Below, in pieces: positions 27,457-35,762 of a stretch of 49,607 nucleotides of DNA. The stretch's first letter is position 1. The number at the start of each line of letters is the position of its first letter. Origin of the DNA: an uncultured archaeon (GTDB taxonomy: Archaea > Altiarchaeota > Altiarchaeia > IMC4 > SCGC-AAA252-I15); NCBI GenBank assembly GCA_964587725.1, contig CAZPLO010000008.1, positions 1 to 49,607 on the forward strand, in the 5' to 3' direction. The notes under the pieces were generated by a model. It had not been told where the DNA came from. It saw nothing but the letters and a program-made list of their open reading frames with translations, and did no database searches. The translations under genes were made by a program, and so were the position numbers.

Positions 27457-27573
27457 ATGGAGAAAGATTTTAAGAGCCTCCCAGAACCACTGAAGAAGCT
27501 GGTAGAAGGTGAGGGGGATTTGGAGATACGGAAGGAAGAAAAGGAACGTAAGAAACAGCCTGGACCTAAGTGA
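27457..27573 (+). CDS. Possible 38-aa charged micro-protein
   Basis: RBS-like aggaggcggtgg before ATG 27457; fills the intergenic gap. Confidence 0.35.
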   Translation: MEKDFKSLPEPLKKLVEGEGDLEIRKEEKERKKQPGPK

Positions 27574-28600
27574 TTTTCCTGCAGCCTTTTTTGGTCAGCA
27601 ACACCGTGTCCTCGAACCTCGCCCCGAATTTATGGGGTAGGTATACGCCGGGTTCGACTGTGAACACCATGTTCTCCTTCAGCTTGACCCGCGAGCCGGG
27701 GCTGAAGCCCGGGCTCTCATGTATCTCCAATCCGACGCCGTGGCCTGCGAGGTGGTGGAGCCGGTAGCCGGCGGCCTTTAACCTTCCGTCGACGAATCCG
27801 TGCACCGACGAAGCCAACATACCAGGGGTTATCATGTCTATGGTTTCGTCGCGCACGTTCTCAACCAGCCCCAACACCTTTTTCTCCTCCCGCGTCGGCG
27901 GACCGACCATGAGGGTGCGGGTCGTGTCCGAGTGGTAGCCGCCGTATACCGCGCCCAAATCCACCACCACAGGCCCCCGCCCTATTCTGTGTTTCGTCGG
28001 TTTCGCATGAATGTCCGCGCTCCTTTTGCCGGAGGCTAATAGCATGCCGCTGCCGAACGGCGCCGTCTCCGAGCCCCTCCGCCGCATCTCCGCCTCTATT
28101 TCGGCGACGGCATCCAGCTCGCGGACGCCCTCTGAAACCGTCTCCCGGGCTTTCCTCACCCCAGCCTTCGCTATGCCGCAGGACCGTTTAATCATCTTAA
28201 CTTCCTGCCGGGCCTTCACGGACCGCGCGTACTCCACCGCATCCGACACCCGCACCCTCTTCCTCGAAAGCCGGCGGAGGCGGCCCACGTACTCGCTGGA
28301 TGAAACACCGACGGTCTTTGAGCGGAGGCTGCGGAGCGTCTTCTTCAAGTCGCCTTTCTCGTACACCCGCACCTCCAGGGGGTAGCCGCGGAGACTGTAT
28401 GTTCTGTCGTATAGTTCGGCGTATACGCCCCGAACCCACAGTATCGCATCCTGGTTTGTGACGAGGACGCGGCCGGTGTCCTTCCCCGACAGGTAGCGGA
28501 CGTCGTAGTCTTCCGTCACATAGTATGCGGTGACGCCGCGCACCCGCATAGAATCCCGGACCCTCTTCAGCCGGGTTCGGAGTTCCCTGGACAGAGACAT
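27566..28600 (-). CDS. Xaa-Pro peptidase (M24B)
   Basis: 'VDLGA..GGYHSDTTRT', 'H.AGHGVGLEIHE.P', 'FTVEPGVY', 'GARFEDTV'. Confidence 0.92.
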   Translation of the reverse strand: MSLSRELRTRLKRVRDSMRVRGVTAYYVTEDYDVRYLSGKDTGRVLVTNQDAILWVRGVYAELYDRTYSLRGYPLEVRVYEKGDLKKTLRSLRSKTVGVSSSEYVGRLRRLSRKRVRVSDAVEYARSVKARQEVKMIKRSCGIAKAGVRKARETVSEGVRELDAVAEIEAEMRRRGSETAPFGSGMLLASGKRSADIHAKPTKHRIGRGPVVVDLGAVYGGYHSDTTRTLMVGPPTREEKKVLGLVENVRDETIDMITPGMLASSVHGFVDGRLKAAGYRLHHLAGHGVGLEIHESPGFSPGSRVKLKENMVFTVEPGVYLPHKFGARFEDTVLLTKKGCRKIT

Positions 28601-28689
28601 AGTATACTAATGTGAAACACAGGTTAAAGCTTTTTTAAGCATATGCGGTAATACGTTACCACTAAGTTAATTTTTTACAGGTGTTTTCT

Positions 28690-28896
28690 ATGAAACCATT
28701 GGACGCGTTGGGCGAGCTCCTGGACAACCAGGTGCTTGTGAGACTGAAGAACGGACTGGAGATACAGGGTAAGCTGAAGGCATTCGACATCCACATCAAC
28801 CTGGTGTTGGAGGACGCGGAATTCCAGGACAACGAGGTGGGTAAGAAGTTCAAGCGCCTGTTCCTCCGCGGCGACATGATACTCTTCATAAGCTAG
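28690..28896 (+). CDS. Sm-like archaeal protein (LSm/SmAP1)
   Basis: 'KPLDAL...VLVRLKNG....GKLKAFDIHINLVLEDA...LFLRGDMILFIS'; conserved linkage to rpl37e. Confidence 0.92.
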   Translation: MKPLDALGELLDNQVLVRLKNGLEIQGKLKAFDIHINLVLEDAEFQDNEVGKKFKRLFLRGDMILFIS

Positions 28897-28930
28897 TTTT
28901 TTAAGCCCTACACCCTAGTATGTTGGAAGA

Positions 28931-29098
28931 ATGAGCAAGGGTACTCCAAGCATGGGGAAGAAGAACAAGCCCAAGACGCACGTGAAATGCCCCCGCTGCG
29001 GCAGCAGAAGCTACCACAGCCGGAAGAAGACGTGCAGCAGCTGCGGCTACGGACGCGCGAAGAGGATGAAGACGAAGCCTCCGAAGAAGAAAAAGTGA
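28931..29098 (+). CDS. rpl37e: 50S ribosomal protein L37e (absent from ORF track, 55 aa)
   Basis: [41 protein letters not shown]... Confidence 0.95.
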   Translation: MSKGTPSMGKKNKPKTHVKCPRCGSRSYHSRKKTCSSCGYGRAKRMKTKPPKKKK

Positions 29099-29120
29099 AT
29101 TACACTGACATCAAATAGTA

Positions 29121-29130
29121 ATTATAAAAA
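29121..29130 (+). promoter_or_regulatory. TATA box of tRNA gene
   Basis: attataaaaa about 26-35 bp upstream of tRNA 5' end. Confidence 0.6.
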
Positions 29131-29155
29131 GACCACCATATCATATTACCACCTC

Positions 29156-29248
29156 GGGCTCGTGGTCTAGTCCGGTTATGACATCGCCTTGACGACACAT
29201 GATGTGGCAAAATGGCGAGGATCCCCGGTTCGAATCCGGGCGAGCCCA
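29156..29248 (+). tRNA. tRNA-Val(GAC) with 18-nt intron (29195-29212) at position 37/38
   Basis: Acceptor gggctcg/cgagccc + A73, D-arm gtct/tgac, anticodon stem tcgcc/ggcga with tt-GAC at 29191-29193, T-arm cccgg-ttcgaat-ccggg; BHB-like intron; no encoded CCA. Confidence 0.9.
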
Positions 29249-29459
29249 TGAATATCACACCACCAGCACATCTTATCCTATACTCGCACGGATAAGCGAC
29301 CCAAACGGGGAGCGATATACGGGCGAGCCGTAGCATTTCTGTTTTCCGGGTGTTAACCCCGTTAACCGGTTTCTCATATCATACCGGGTGTTTTTTAAAG
29401 TGGGTTCCCGTAGTATATGACATCGGATTTATTTGTTTTTTATTTAGGTGTGTTTGACG

Positions 29460-31238
29460 ATGGCCGACGACGAGATGAAGGCGGAGGACTCCAAGGCCGA
29501 AGAGAAGAAGGAGTCTAAGAAGAGCGGGAAGAAGACTAAGAGGAAGAGCAGGAAGAAGAAGGCTAAGAAGACCAAGAAGGATGCTGCCGAGGCGGTTTCC
29601 GCCGACACCATACTGGCTACCCTGCTGGTTATCTCGTTGCTGGCGAACTTCTACTTGTATCTGCAGAACAACAACCTCCAGGCTGATGTGGAGAAGTACA
29701 AGAACGCTTTGATGACGAACACTGGAGCTGGGATGACGCCCACAACAACCGTGCCGTCCACGGTGGACGGTGCGGAGCGTGTCAGACTAGACTTCCACGT
29801 GATGAGCGAGTGCCCGTATGGGACGCAGGTGATGGATGCGATAGCGCCCGTATTAGGGGATATGGGGGATTACGTGGACTTTAACGTAGACTATATTGCG
29901 ACGCCATTGGGGAACGGACAGTTCCAGAGCCTCCACGGGCAGACGGAGGTGGACGAGAACATCCGCCAGCTGTGCGCCATGAAATATTACTCCGGAGACT
30001 ACGGATACATGGACTACATCGTCTGCAGGAACCAGAACCTCAACGGCGACTGGACCGAATGCGCAGAAGAAGCCGGACTGGACGTTTCGAAGATTAGGAC
30101 GTGCGCGGAAGGCAGCGAGGGGGCTGACCTGTTGGAGACCTCATCGCAGGCTTCCCAGGCTGCGGGCGCCACCGGAAGCCCCACCATGTTTTTGAACGGC
30201 CAGCAGTACAGCGGCGGCCGGCAAACCCAGGATTTCATGCAGGCGTTGTGCGCTGAAATGGAGGAGCCGGCGCCGGCGTGCAGCAACATCCCCGAGCCGG
30301 TTGAGATAGAGATAATCGTGTTGAATGACGAACGCTGCGTGGAATGCGACACCGAGATGCTGGAGACCCAGCTGAAGAGCGTTTTCCCGGGTACCGTGTT
30401 CAGGAGACTTGACTACGGCACCGACGAAGGCAGGCAACTCTATGAAAGGACCGGTTTGACTTATCTGCCGGCGATACTGTTCGACGAGACGGTGGAGACC
30501 GCGTCAGGGTACAGTAACGTTCAAAACTATCTTGTTGAAGCCGGCGACCTGCTGAGTCTGAGGATAGGCGCGGACTTCGACCCCACAGCCGAGATATGCG
30601 ACAACGGCATAGACGACACCGGCGACGGCGTCGTAGACTGCGAAGACGAGGACTGCATAGACAAACTCATATGCCGCGAAGAGATGCTAGGGAAACTGGA
30701 CGTGTTCGTGATGAGCATGTGCCCGTACGGGACTAGGGCGTTGGACGCCATGGAAGAGGTGCTGGCGGCGTTCCCGGAGATGGACTTTGACATATGGTAC
30801 GTCGCCTCATACAACGAGGACACCGACACCTTCAGCTCCCTCCACGGGCAGCCGGAGGTGGAGGAGAACATCCGCGAACTCTGCGCCATAGAACACTACC
30901 CGGACGACTACGAGTACATGGAGTACATCTGGTGCAGGAACGAGGACATCAGCAGCACCGACTGGGAGTCCTGTGCCGAGCAGGCTGGCATGGACGTTGA
31001 GACGCTGCGGGCGTGCAGCGAAGGCGAGGAAGGCAAGGAACTCTTGAGGGAGAACATCGGGTTAGCCAACACCCTCGGCATCGGAGCCAGCCCCACCTGG
31101 ATGGCGAACAACAGATACACGTTCAGCGGCATCACGGCAGAGGCGGTGCAGACCAACTTCTGCGAGCAAAACCCCGAACTCGAAGGCTGTGAAGAATCGC
31201 TGAGTTCCGACTCCGACGTGGCGTCGGGGAGCTGCTGA
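29460..31238 (+). CDS. Membrane-anchored tandem GILT/DsbA-like thioredoxin-fold protein
   Basis: Lys-rich N-terminus + TM; two copies of 'VMS.CPYG...SLHGQ.EV.ENIR.LC...Y..YI.CRN...W..CA...SPT'. Confidence 0.75.
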   Translation: MADDEMKAEDSKAEEKKESKKSGKKTKRKSRKKKAKKTKKDAAEAVSADTILATLLVISLLANFYLYLQNNNLQADVEKYKNALMTNTGAGMTPTTTVPSTVDGAERVRLDFHVMSECPYGTQVMDAIAPVLGDMGDYVDFNVDYIATPLGNGQFQSLHGQTEVDENIRQLCAMKYYSGDYGYMDYIVCRNQNLNGDWTECAEEAGLDVSKIRTCAEGSEGADLLETSSQASQAAGATGSPTMFLNGQQYSGGRQTQDFMQALCAEMEEPAPACSNIPEPVEIEIIVLNDERCVECDTEMLETQLKSVFPGTVFRRLDYGTDEGRQLYERTGLTYLPAILFDETVETASGYSNVQNYLVEAGDLLSLRIGADFDPTAEICDNGIDDTGDGVVDCEDEDCIDKLICREEMLGKLDVFVMSMCPYGTRALDAMEEVLAAFPEMDFDIWYVASYNEDTDTFSSLHGQPEVEENIRELCAIEHYPDDYEYMEYIWCRNEDISSTDWESCAEQAGMDVETLRACSEGEEGKELLRENIGLANTLGIGASPTWMANNRYTFSGITAEAVQTNFCEQNPELEGCEESLSSDSDVASGSC

Positions 31239-31241
31239 AAG

Positions 31242-31553
31242 ATGGTCAGGGAGATAACAGGCGAGGAATTCGACGACGCCGTCAAGGAAGGCGTCGTCGT
31301 CGTCGACCTGTGGGCGCCGTGGTGCATGCCATGCAAGATGATAGCGCCCGCCTTGGACGCGCTGTCGAAGGAGTACGACGGGCGGATAAGCTTCTGCAAG
31401 CTGAACATCGACGAACACCAGGGCCCGGCGCAGAAGCATCAGGTGATGAGCATACCCACCCTCCTCGTCTTCAAGGACGGGGAGCTGGTGGACAGGGTAG
31501 TGGGGGCGCTCCCGAAGGACAGCATCAAGGAGAAGCTGGAAGCCGCCCTCTAA
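31242..31553 (+). CDS. trxA: Thioredoxin
   Basis: 'VDLWAPWCMPCKMIAP', 'VMSIPTL'. Confidence 0.92.
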   Translation: MVREITGEEFDDAVKEGVVVVDLWAPWCMPCKMIAPALDALSKEYDGRISFCKLNIDEHQGPAQKHQVMSIPTLLVFKDGELVDRVVGALPKDSIKEKLEAAL

Positions 31554-31588
31554 GCCTTTTATTCATCTCATCCATATCATGTTCTACC

Positions 31589-33595
31589 ATGGGTGAGAGG
31601 ATACTGGTTACCGCGGCGCTGCCTTACGCGAACGGCCCCATACACATAGGCCACGCCATAGGCTGCTACATACCAGCCGACGTCTACGTCCGATACCATA
31701 AACTCCGCGGCGACGACGTAATCTACATCTGCGGCACCGACGAACACGGCACACCCATCTCCGTGGCCGCCGAGAAGGAGGGGATAAACCCTAAGACTCT
31801 GGTGGACCGCTACCACGACATGCATTTGCGGGCGTTCGAGGGCGCCGGCGTAGAGTTCACGAACTTCAGCGGCACCGCCCGCCCCATACACTACGACACA
31901 TCCAAGGATTTCTTCAAAACCATCCAGGACAACGGTTACGTGTACCGTAAGACGGTGCTGCGGCCGTACTGCCCCAGCTGCGACCGCTTCCTCCCGGACC
32001 GGTACGTGAAGGGGACGTGCCCGAAGTGCGGGAGCGAAGACGAAAGAGGAGACCAGTGCGAGGCCTGCAGCACCCAGTTGGAGCCGCATGAGCTGAAGGA
32101 CCCGTACTGCATCATATGCAGGAACGTGCCCAAGATGCGGGAGACAGACCACTGGTTCTTCAAACTCAGCCAGTTCAGCGACAAACTGCAGAAGTGGATT
32201 GAAGACAACACCCACTGGCCGCCCAATGCGAGGAACTTCAGCCTCGGATGGATTAAGGAGGGGTTGGAGGACCGCGCCATAACCCGTGATTTGAGCTGGG
32301 GTGTGCCGGTGCCCGCGGAGGGGGCGGAGGGGAAGGTGTTGTATGTGTGGTTCGACGCACCCATAGGCTATGTCAGCAGCACCAAGGAGTGGAGTGAAAG
32401 GAAGTGGGGGGACTACTGGATGGGGGACACGAAGATTGTGCACTTCATCGGGAAAGACAACATACCCTTCCACGCCATCATCTGGCCGGCGATGCTCATG
32501 GCCTACGGAGGCTACACGCTGCCGTGGCAGATAGCCAGCAACGAGTATTTGAACCTGGAGGGGAAGAAGATGAGCACCAGCCGGGGGTGGGTGCTGTGGC
32601 TCCACGACTGCCTGAACGAGTTCGACCCAGACATGATACGTTATTATCTGCTGTCGATTACGCCGCAGAGCAGCGACAGCGACTTCAGTCTGACGGAGTT
32701 CCGTGAGCGGGTCAACAACGAACTGATTGCGACCTTCGGCAACTACGTGAACCGGGTGCTCACGTTCATCCAAAAGGAAGGGGGCGTAGTGCCTAACCCT
32801 GTTGAGTATGACGACGAAGACCAGAAACTCATAGACTTCATGAAAACGCAGCCGGATGTGGTGGCAGACCACATCGACCGGTTCAACTTCATCCACGCCC
32901 TGGGGCAGATGATGGCGTTGGCGCAGAAAGGCAACCAGTACTTCCAGGGGAAGGAGCCGTGGAAGAACCCCGGCGGCAACACACTGTATCTGTGCGCCAA
33001 CCTCCTGCGGACCCTCGCCATCACGGCGGAGCCGTTCCTGCCTTCATCAGCTGAAAAAATATGGGGTATGCTGGCCCTGGACGGGTCCGTCCACGGGCAG
33101 AAGTGGGATGCGGCGAAGGAACTCGGCGTGTCCGGCGGACACAGGATAGGGGAGGTGGAGCCCCTGTATGAGAAACTGGAGAAGGAACGCGTGGAAAAAT
33201 TCGCGGGAAAATACTTGCACAATAAACCGGAGAAAGAGGATGTGAAGGAGATGATTGATTTCGAGGAATTCCAGAAGACAGACTTGCGCGTCGGCGTCGT
33301 AACGGCGGCGGACGACCACCCCAACGCAGACAAACTCATGGTGTTGAAGGTAGACCTTGGAGAGGGGAGGGAGCGCACGCTGGTCGCGGGCGTCAAAGAA
33401 GCCTACGGCAAAAAAGACCTCGTGGGCCGGCAGATAATCGTCGTCGCCAACCTCAAACCCGCCAAAATACGCGGCGTGGAAAGCCAGGGCATGCTGCTGG
33501 CGGCAGATGAAGATGGCACTCCCATGTTAATCAAACCTAGTAAGCCCTCTGAAGCAGGCTCCAAGATACGTTGTGGCGTGAAAGTTAATGGATAA
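31589..33595 (+). CDS. metG: Methionyl-tRNA synthetase with C-terminal tRNA-binding domain
   Basis: 'ALPYANGPIHIGH', 'GTDEHG', Zn knuckles, 'YVWFDAPIGY', 'KMSTS'; start at ATG 31589. Confidence 0.96.
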   Translation: MGERILVTAALPYANGPIHIGHAIGCYIPADVYVRYHKLRGDDVIYICGTDEHGTPISVAAEKEGINPKTLVDRYHDMHLRAFEGAGVEFTNFSGTARPIHYDTSKDFFKTIQDNGYVYRKTVLRPYCPSCDRFLPDRYVKGTCPKCGSEDERGDQCEACSTQLEPHELKDPYCIICRNVPKMRETDHWFFKLSQFSDKLQKWIEDNTHWPPNARNFSLGWIKEGLEDRAITRDLSWGVPVPAEGAEGKVLYVWFDAPIGYVSSTKEWSERKWGDYWMGDTKIVHFIGKDNIPFHAIIWPAMLMAYGGYTLPWQIASNEYLNLEGKKMSTSRGWVLWLHDCLNEFDPDMIRYYLLSITPQSSDSDFSLTEFRERVNNELIATFGNYVNRVLTFIQKEGGVVPNPVEYDDEDQKLIDFMKTQPDVVADHIDRFNFIHALGQMMALAQKGNQYFQGKEPWKNPGGNTLYLCANLLRTLAITAEPFLPSSAEKIWGMLALDGSVHGQKWDAAKELGVSGGHRIGEVEPLYEKLEKERVEKFAGKYLHNKPEKEDVKEMIDFEEFQKTDLRVGVVTAADDHPNADKLMVLKVDLGEGRERTLVAGVKEAYGKKDLVGRQIIVVANLKPAKIRGVESQGMLLAADEDGTPMLIKPSKPSEAGSKIRCGVKVNG

Positions 33596-34369
33596 TTTCT
33601 TCAAACAAGTTGAGGAGGAGGTTCTGTGGCAAGACGACAACATACTATTCAATACAGACGAGATAACGAAATACTCTAAACAGTATGTGTTAGAGAGGAT
33701 TAATGAGAAGGAAGAAGGCAGGAGGGGATTCTTTTTTGAGGAGGTGGTGTGTGATTTCTTCGAGTACGTGGGATACGATGTCGTTAGAAGCAAGAAGACC
33801 AGAGACCATGGTTTAGACGGCGTGGTTGAAACCGACGTACCCCCCTTGGGGAAGTTGAAGCTGGGATTACAGGCTAAGTGGAAGATGGTGGATTCAACCG
33901 ACGTCGACCAGCTCCTCCAGGCCCTGGAGAACGCTGAAATACGATTGGGGGTGCTTGTGTGCAGGGAGAGCAGCAGACTCGACAAATACAAGTTAACATC
34001 CAAAGTTAAGGCGATACTGTTCTTCCACAACATGGAATCCGAAGTGAAAGACCTCCCCGACTTGGACGTGAACCCGGCCTTCATAATGAAGTTCGACGAA
34101 CTAATTAAGGTATCGTCCGAAAAGATTAGAGGCATGGTCAAAGCAACGTATAAGAGGTGAAGTAAAGATGATAACTTTCGAAGACTTCCAGAAACTCGAT
34201 TTACGGGTGGCGGAGATAAAAGACGCGGAGAAACTCGGAGACAACACACTGAAGGTGACGGTCGAATGCGACGGACCCAAAACCACAGTCCTCGAAGGAG
34301 ACTACAACCCACAACAACTAAAAGGAACGAACGCAGTCATGATAGCCAACCCCAAACCCGCCAAAATAC
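33446..34369 (+). repeat. 25-bp direct repeat (24/25; 17-bp perfect core) at 33446-33470 and 34345-34369
   Basis: caaacccgccaaaatac at 33454-33470 and 34353-34369. Confidence 0.75.
33588..34160 (+). CDS. Mrr-like (PD-(D/E)xK) restriction endonuclease domain protein
   Basis: 'G.FFEEVVCDFF...GYDV', 'DHGLDG', 'GLQAKW', 'VDSTDVDQL'. Confidence 0.75.
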   Translation: MDNFFKQVEEEVLWQDDNILFNTDEITKYSKQYVLERINEKEEGRRGFFFEEVVCDFFEYVGYDVVRSKKTRDHGLDGVVETDVPPLGKLKLGLQAKWKMVDSTDVDQLLQALENAEIRLGVLVCRESSRLDKYKLTSKVKAILFFHNMESEVKDLPDLDVNPAFIMKFDELIKVSSEKIRGMVKATYKR

Positions 34370-34476
34370 ACGGCATAGAAACCCAAGGCATACTACTGAC
34401 AACCACCGACGACAACGGAAACCCCACACTACTCCAACCCGACAAGAACGCTAAGCCAGGAGCAAGGATAAAGTAG
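34168..34476 (+). CDS. Stand-alone tRNA-binding OB-fold (Trbp111/CsaA/MetRS C-terminal-like), possibly decaying
   Basis: 'ITFEDFQKLDLRVAEI', 'ANPKPAKIHGIETQGILL', 'PGARIK'; conserved NLKP and SQGM motifs altered. Confidence 0.75.
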   Translation: MITFEDFQKLDLRVAEIKDAEKLGDNTLKVTVECDGPKTTVLEGDYNPQQLKGTNAVMIANPKPAKIHGIETQGILLTTTDDNGNPTLLQPDKNAKPGARIK

Positions 34477-34558
34477 ATGGTTAAACCATAGTACTGCCTT
34501 CTACTGCATTGATTTTTAAGCAGAAGAGGCCCAATAAACCAACATAAGGTGGTGGGCA

Positions 34559-35089
34559 ATGAAAAAACACGAGATTATTTTCTGCATTATATTACTGTTC
34601 AGCACTTCTGCCGCAGCGGTAGGCTCCGGCGACTGGGGTGTCAGCAACGGCGTAGACGATCAAGGAACATACTATCAACCAATAACTCTTCCCTTGTATT
34701 TAGCAGCCACGGGTAACATAACTATCAGCGACTGTGAAGTGATGTCGGGACCTCTGATAAAAAACGATAATCTGTGGGTTATGTGTGGTTCCAACAGTCA
34801 ATGGAAATACAGTACATCAAACGAGATAAGAGTATACAGCCCAGACGGAAAACTCACATATACTTTCCCGTTGGAATTGAGTGGAGGTTGTGAAAACAGC
34901 ACACCCCGTGGCGACTTCTACGTCACATCCAACAGAGTCGTTGTTCCATTCACAGGCTGTAGCGACATACAACCTAACTGCACATCAGGTGTGAATGTGA
35001 AGGCTTACACTCACTCGGGTAGTGAGGTATGGCATGTTAGAGACTGCATGGTGTTCGAATGGCCCAACTGGAATACCTCAACCCAGTAG
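34559..35089 (+). CDS. Secreted hypothetical protein, AT-richer, probably truncated
   Basis: Signal peptide, 'GDWG...DDQGTYYQP' start reminiscent of propeller proteins; overlaps a convergent fragment. Confidence 0.5.
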   Translation: MKKHEIIFCIILLFSTSAAAVGSGDWGVSNGVDDQGTYYQPITLPLYLAATGNITISDCEVMSGPLIKNDNLWVMCGSNSQWKYSTSNEIRVYSPDGKLTYTFPLELSGGCENSTPRGDFYVTSNRVVVPFTGCSDIQPNCTSGVNVKAYTHSGSEVWHVRDCMVFEWPNWNTSTQ

Positions 35090-35217
35090 CACGTCTGCTT
35101 GTCAAAGTCATCAAATATGATGTCACATTTGGTGAGGCAACCTGAAAAGAATAACACAAAGAACAATATCATAGTAATAAGTGTTCGCCCCCGTCCAAGA
35201 CTCAACGACACCATCAT
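35011..35217 (-). pseudogene. Possible truncated lipoprotein-like gene
   Basis: 'ILFFVLFFSGC' lipobox-like + 'CDIIFDDFDKQTCY', then runs antisense into the neighbour. Confidence 0.35.
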
Positions 35218-35229
35218 CCTCTACATTAC

Positions 35230-35266
35230 CTGTAAATTATCCAACAAACACATATATAATTTACAG
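35230..35266. promoter_or_regulatory. Perfect 11-bp inverted repeat with 15-bp spacer (operator-like)
   Basis: ctgtaaattat / ataatttacag. Confidence 0.5.
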
Positions 35267-35384
35267 AGCACATATGTGAGGATTACTTGAGACTAGGTTA
35301 ATGTAAACACACAAAAGGTTGGTGGATGGCACATTTTCCGTGCTGTCCGGCGGCTTCCGCCGCCCCTAAACCGTGCTAGAGGGT

Positions 35385-35753
35385 TTAAGCTTTAGTCGCG
35401 TGTTTGCTTTCTCCGCCGATGGCGTCTGGTCCGCGTTCTCCGGTGCGTATGCGTATGCATTCTTCCAGGGGGAGGATGAAGATTTTGCCGTCGCCGATGT
35501 TTCCGGTTCGGGAAGCCTGTATGATGCCTTTCACCGTTGTTTCAACGTAGTCTTCGTTCACCGCTATTTCCAGGCGGAGGTGGGGTAGGAGGTTGATTTG
35601 TTTTTTGGCGCCGCGGTAGCTTTCCACGTAGCCTTTCTGCTGGCCGCATCCTTTCCCCCGGGTCACGCTCATGCGGTGGACTTCACGTTCATCCAACTCC
35701 CGTTTCACATCATCCAACCGTTCAACCGGAATGTACGCTATAATCAACTTCAT
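35385..35753 (-). CDS. glnK: P-II nitrogen regulatory protein
   Basis: 'MKLIIAYI', T-loop 'G.GQQKG..ESYRG', 'RTGNIGDGKIFILP', 'RIRTGE'; downstream of amt. Confidence 0.93.
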   Translation of the reverse strand: MKLIIAYIPVERLDDVKRELDEREVHRMSVTRGKGCGQQKGYVESYRGAKKQINLLPHLRLEIAVNEDYVETTVKGIIQASRTGNIGDGKIFILPLEECIRIRTGERGPDAIGGESKHATKA

Positions 35754-35762
35754 TTTTTCACC

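Noticed and set aside
29250-29450. Integrated element or ncRNA downstream of tRNA-Val
   Set aside because: No integrase and no duplicated tRNA 3' end found; only short motifs (ccgggtgtt twice, gttaac twice), insufficient for a call.
31310-32896. 93-aa N-terminal extension of MetRS and a 439-aa antisense ORF
   Set aside because: The extension overlaps thioredoxin in another frame and the true start is ATG 31589; the antisense ORF is a shadow.
33446-34476. DGR template/variable repeat pair (A-specific differences)
   Set aside because: No reverse transcriptase in the window, non-A mismatches and an indel are present, similarity is short, and metG is an implausible target.
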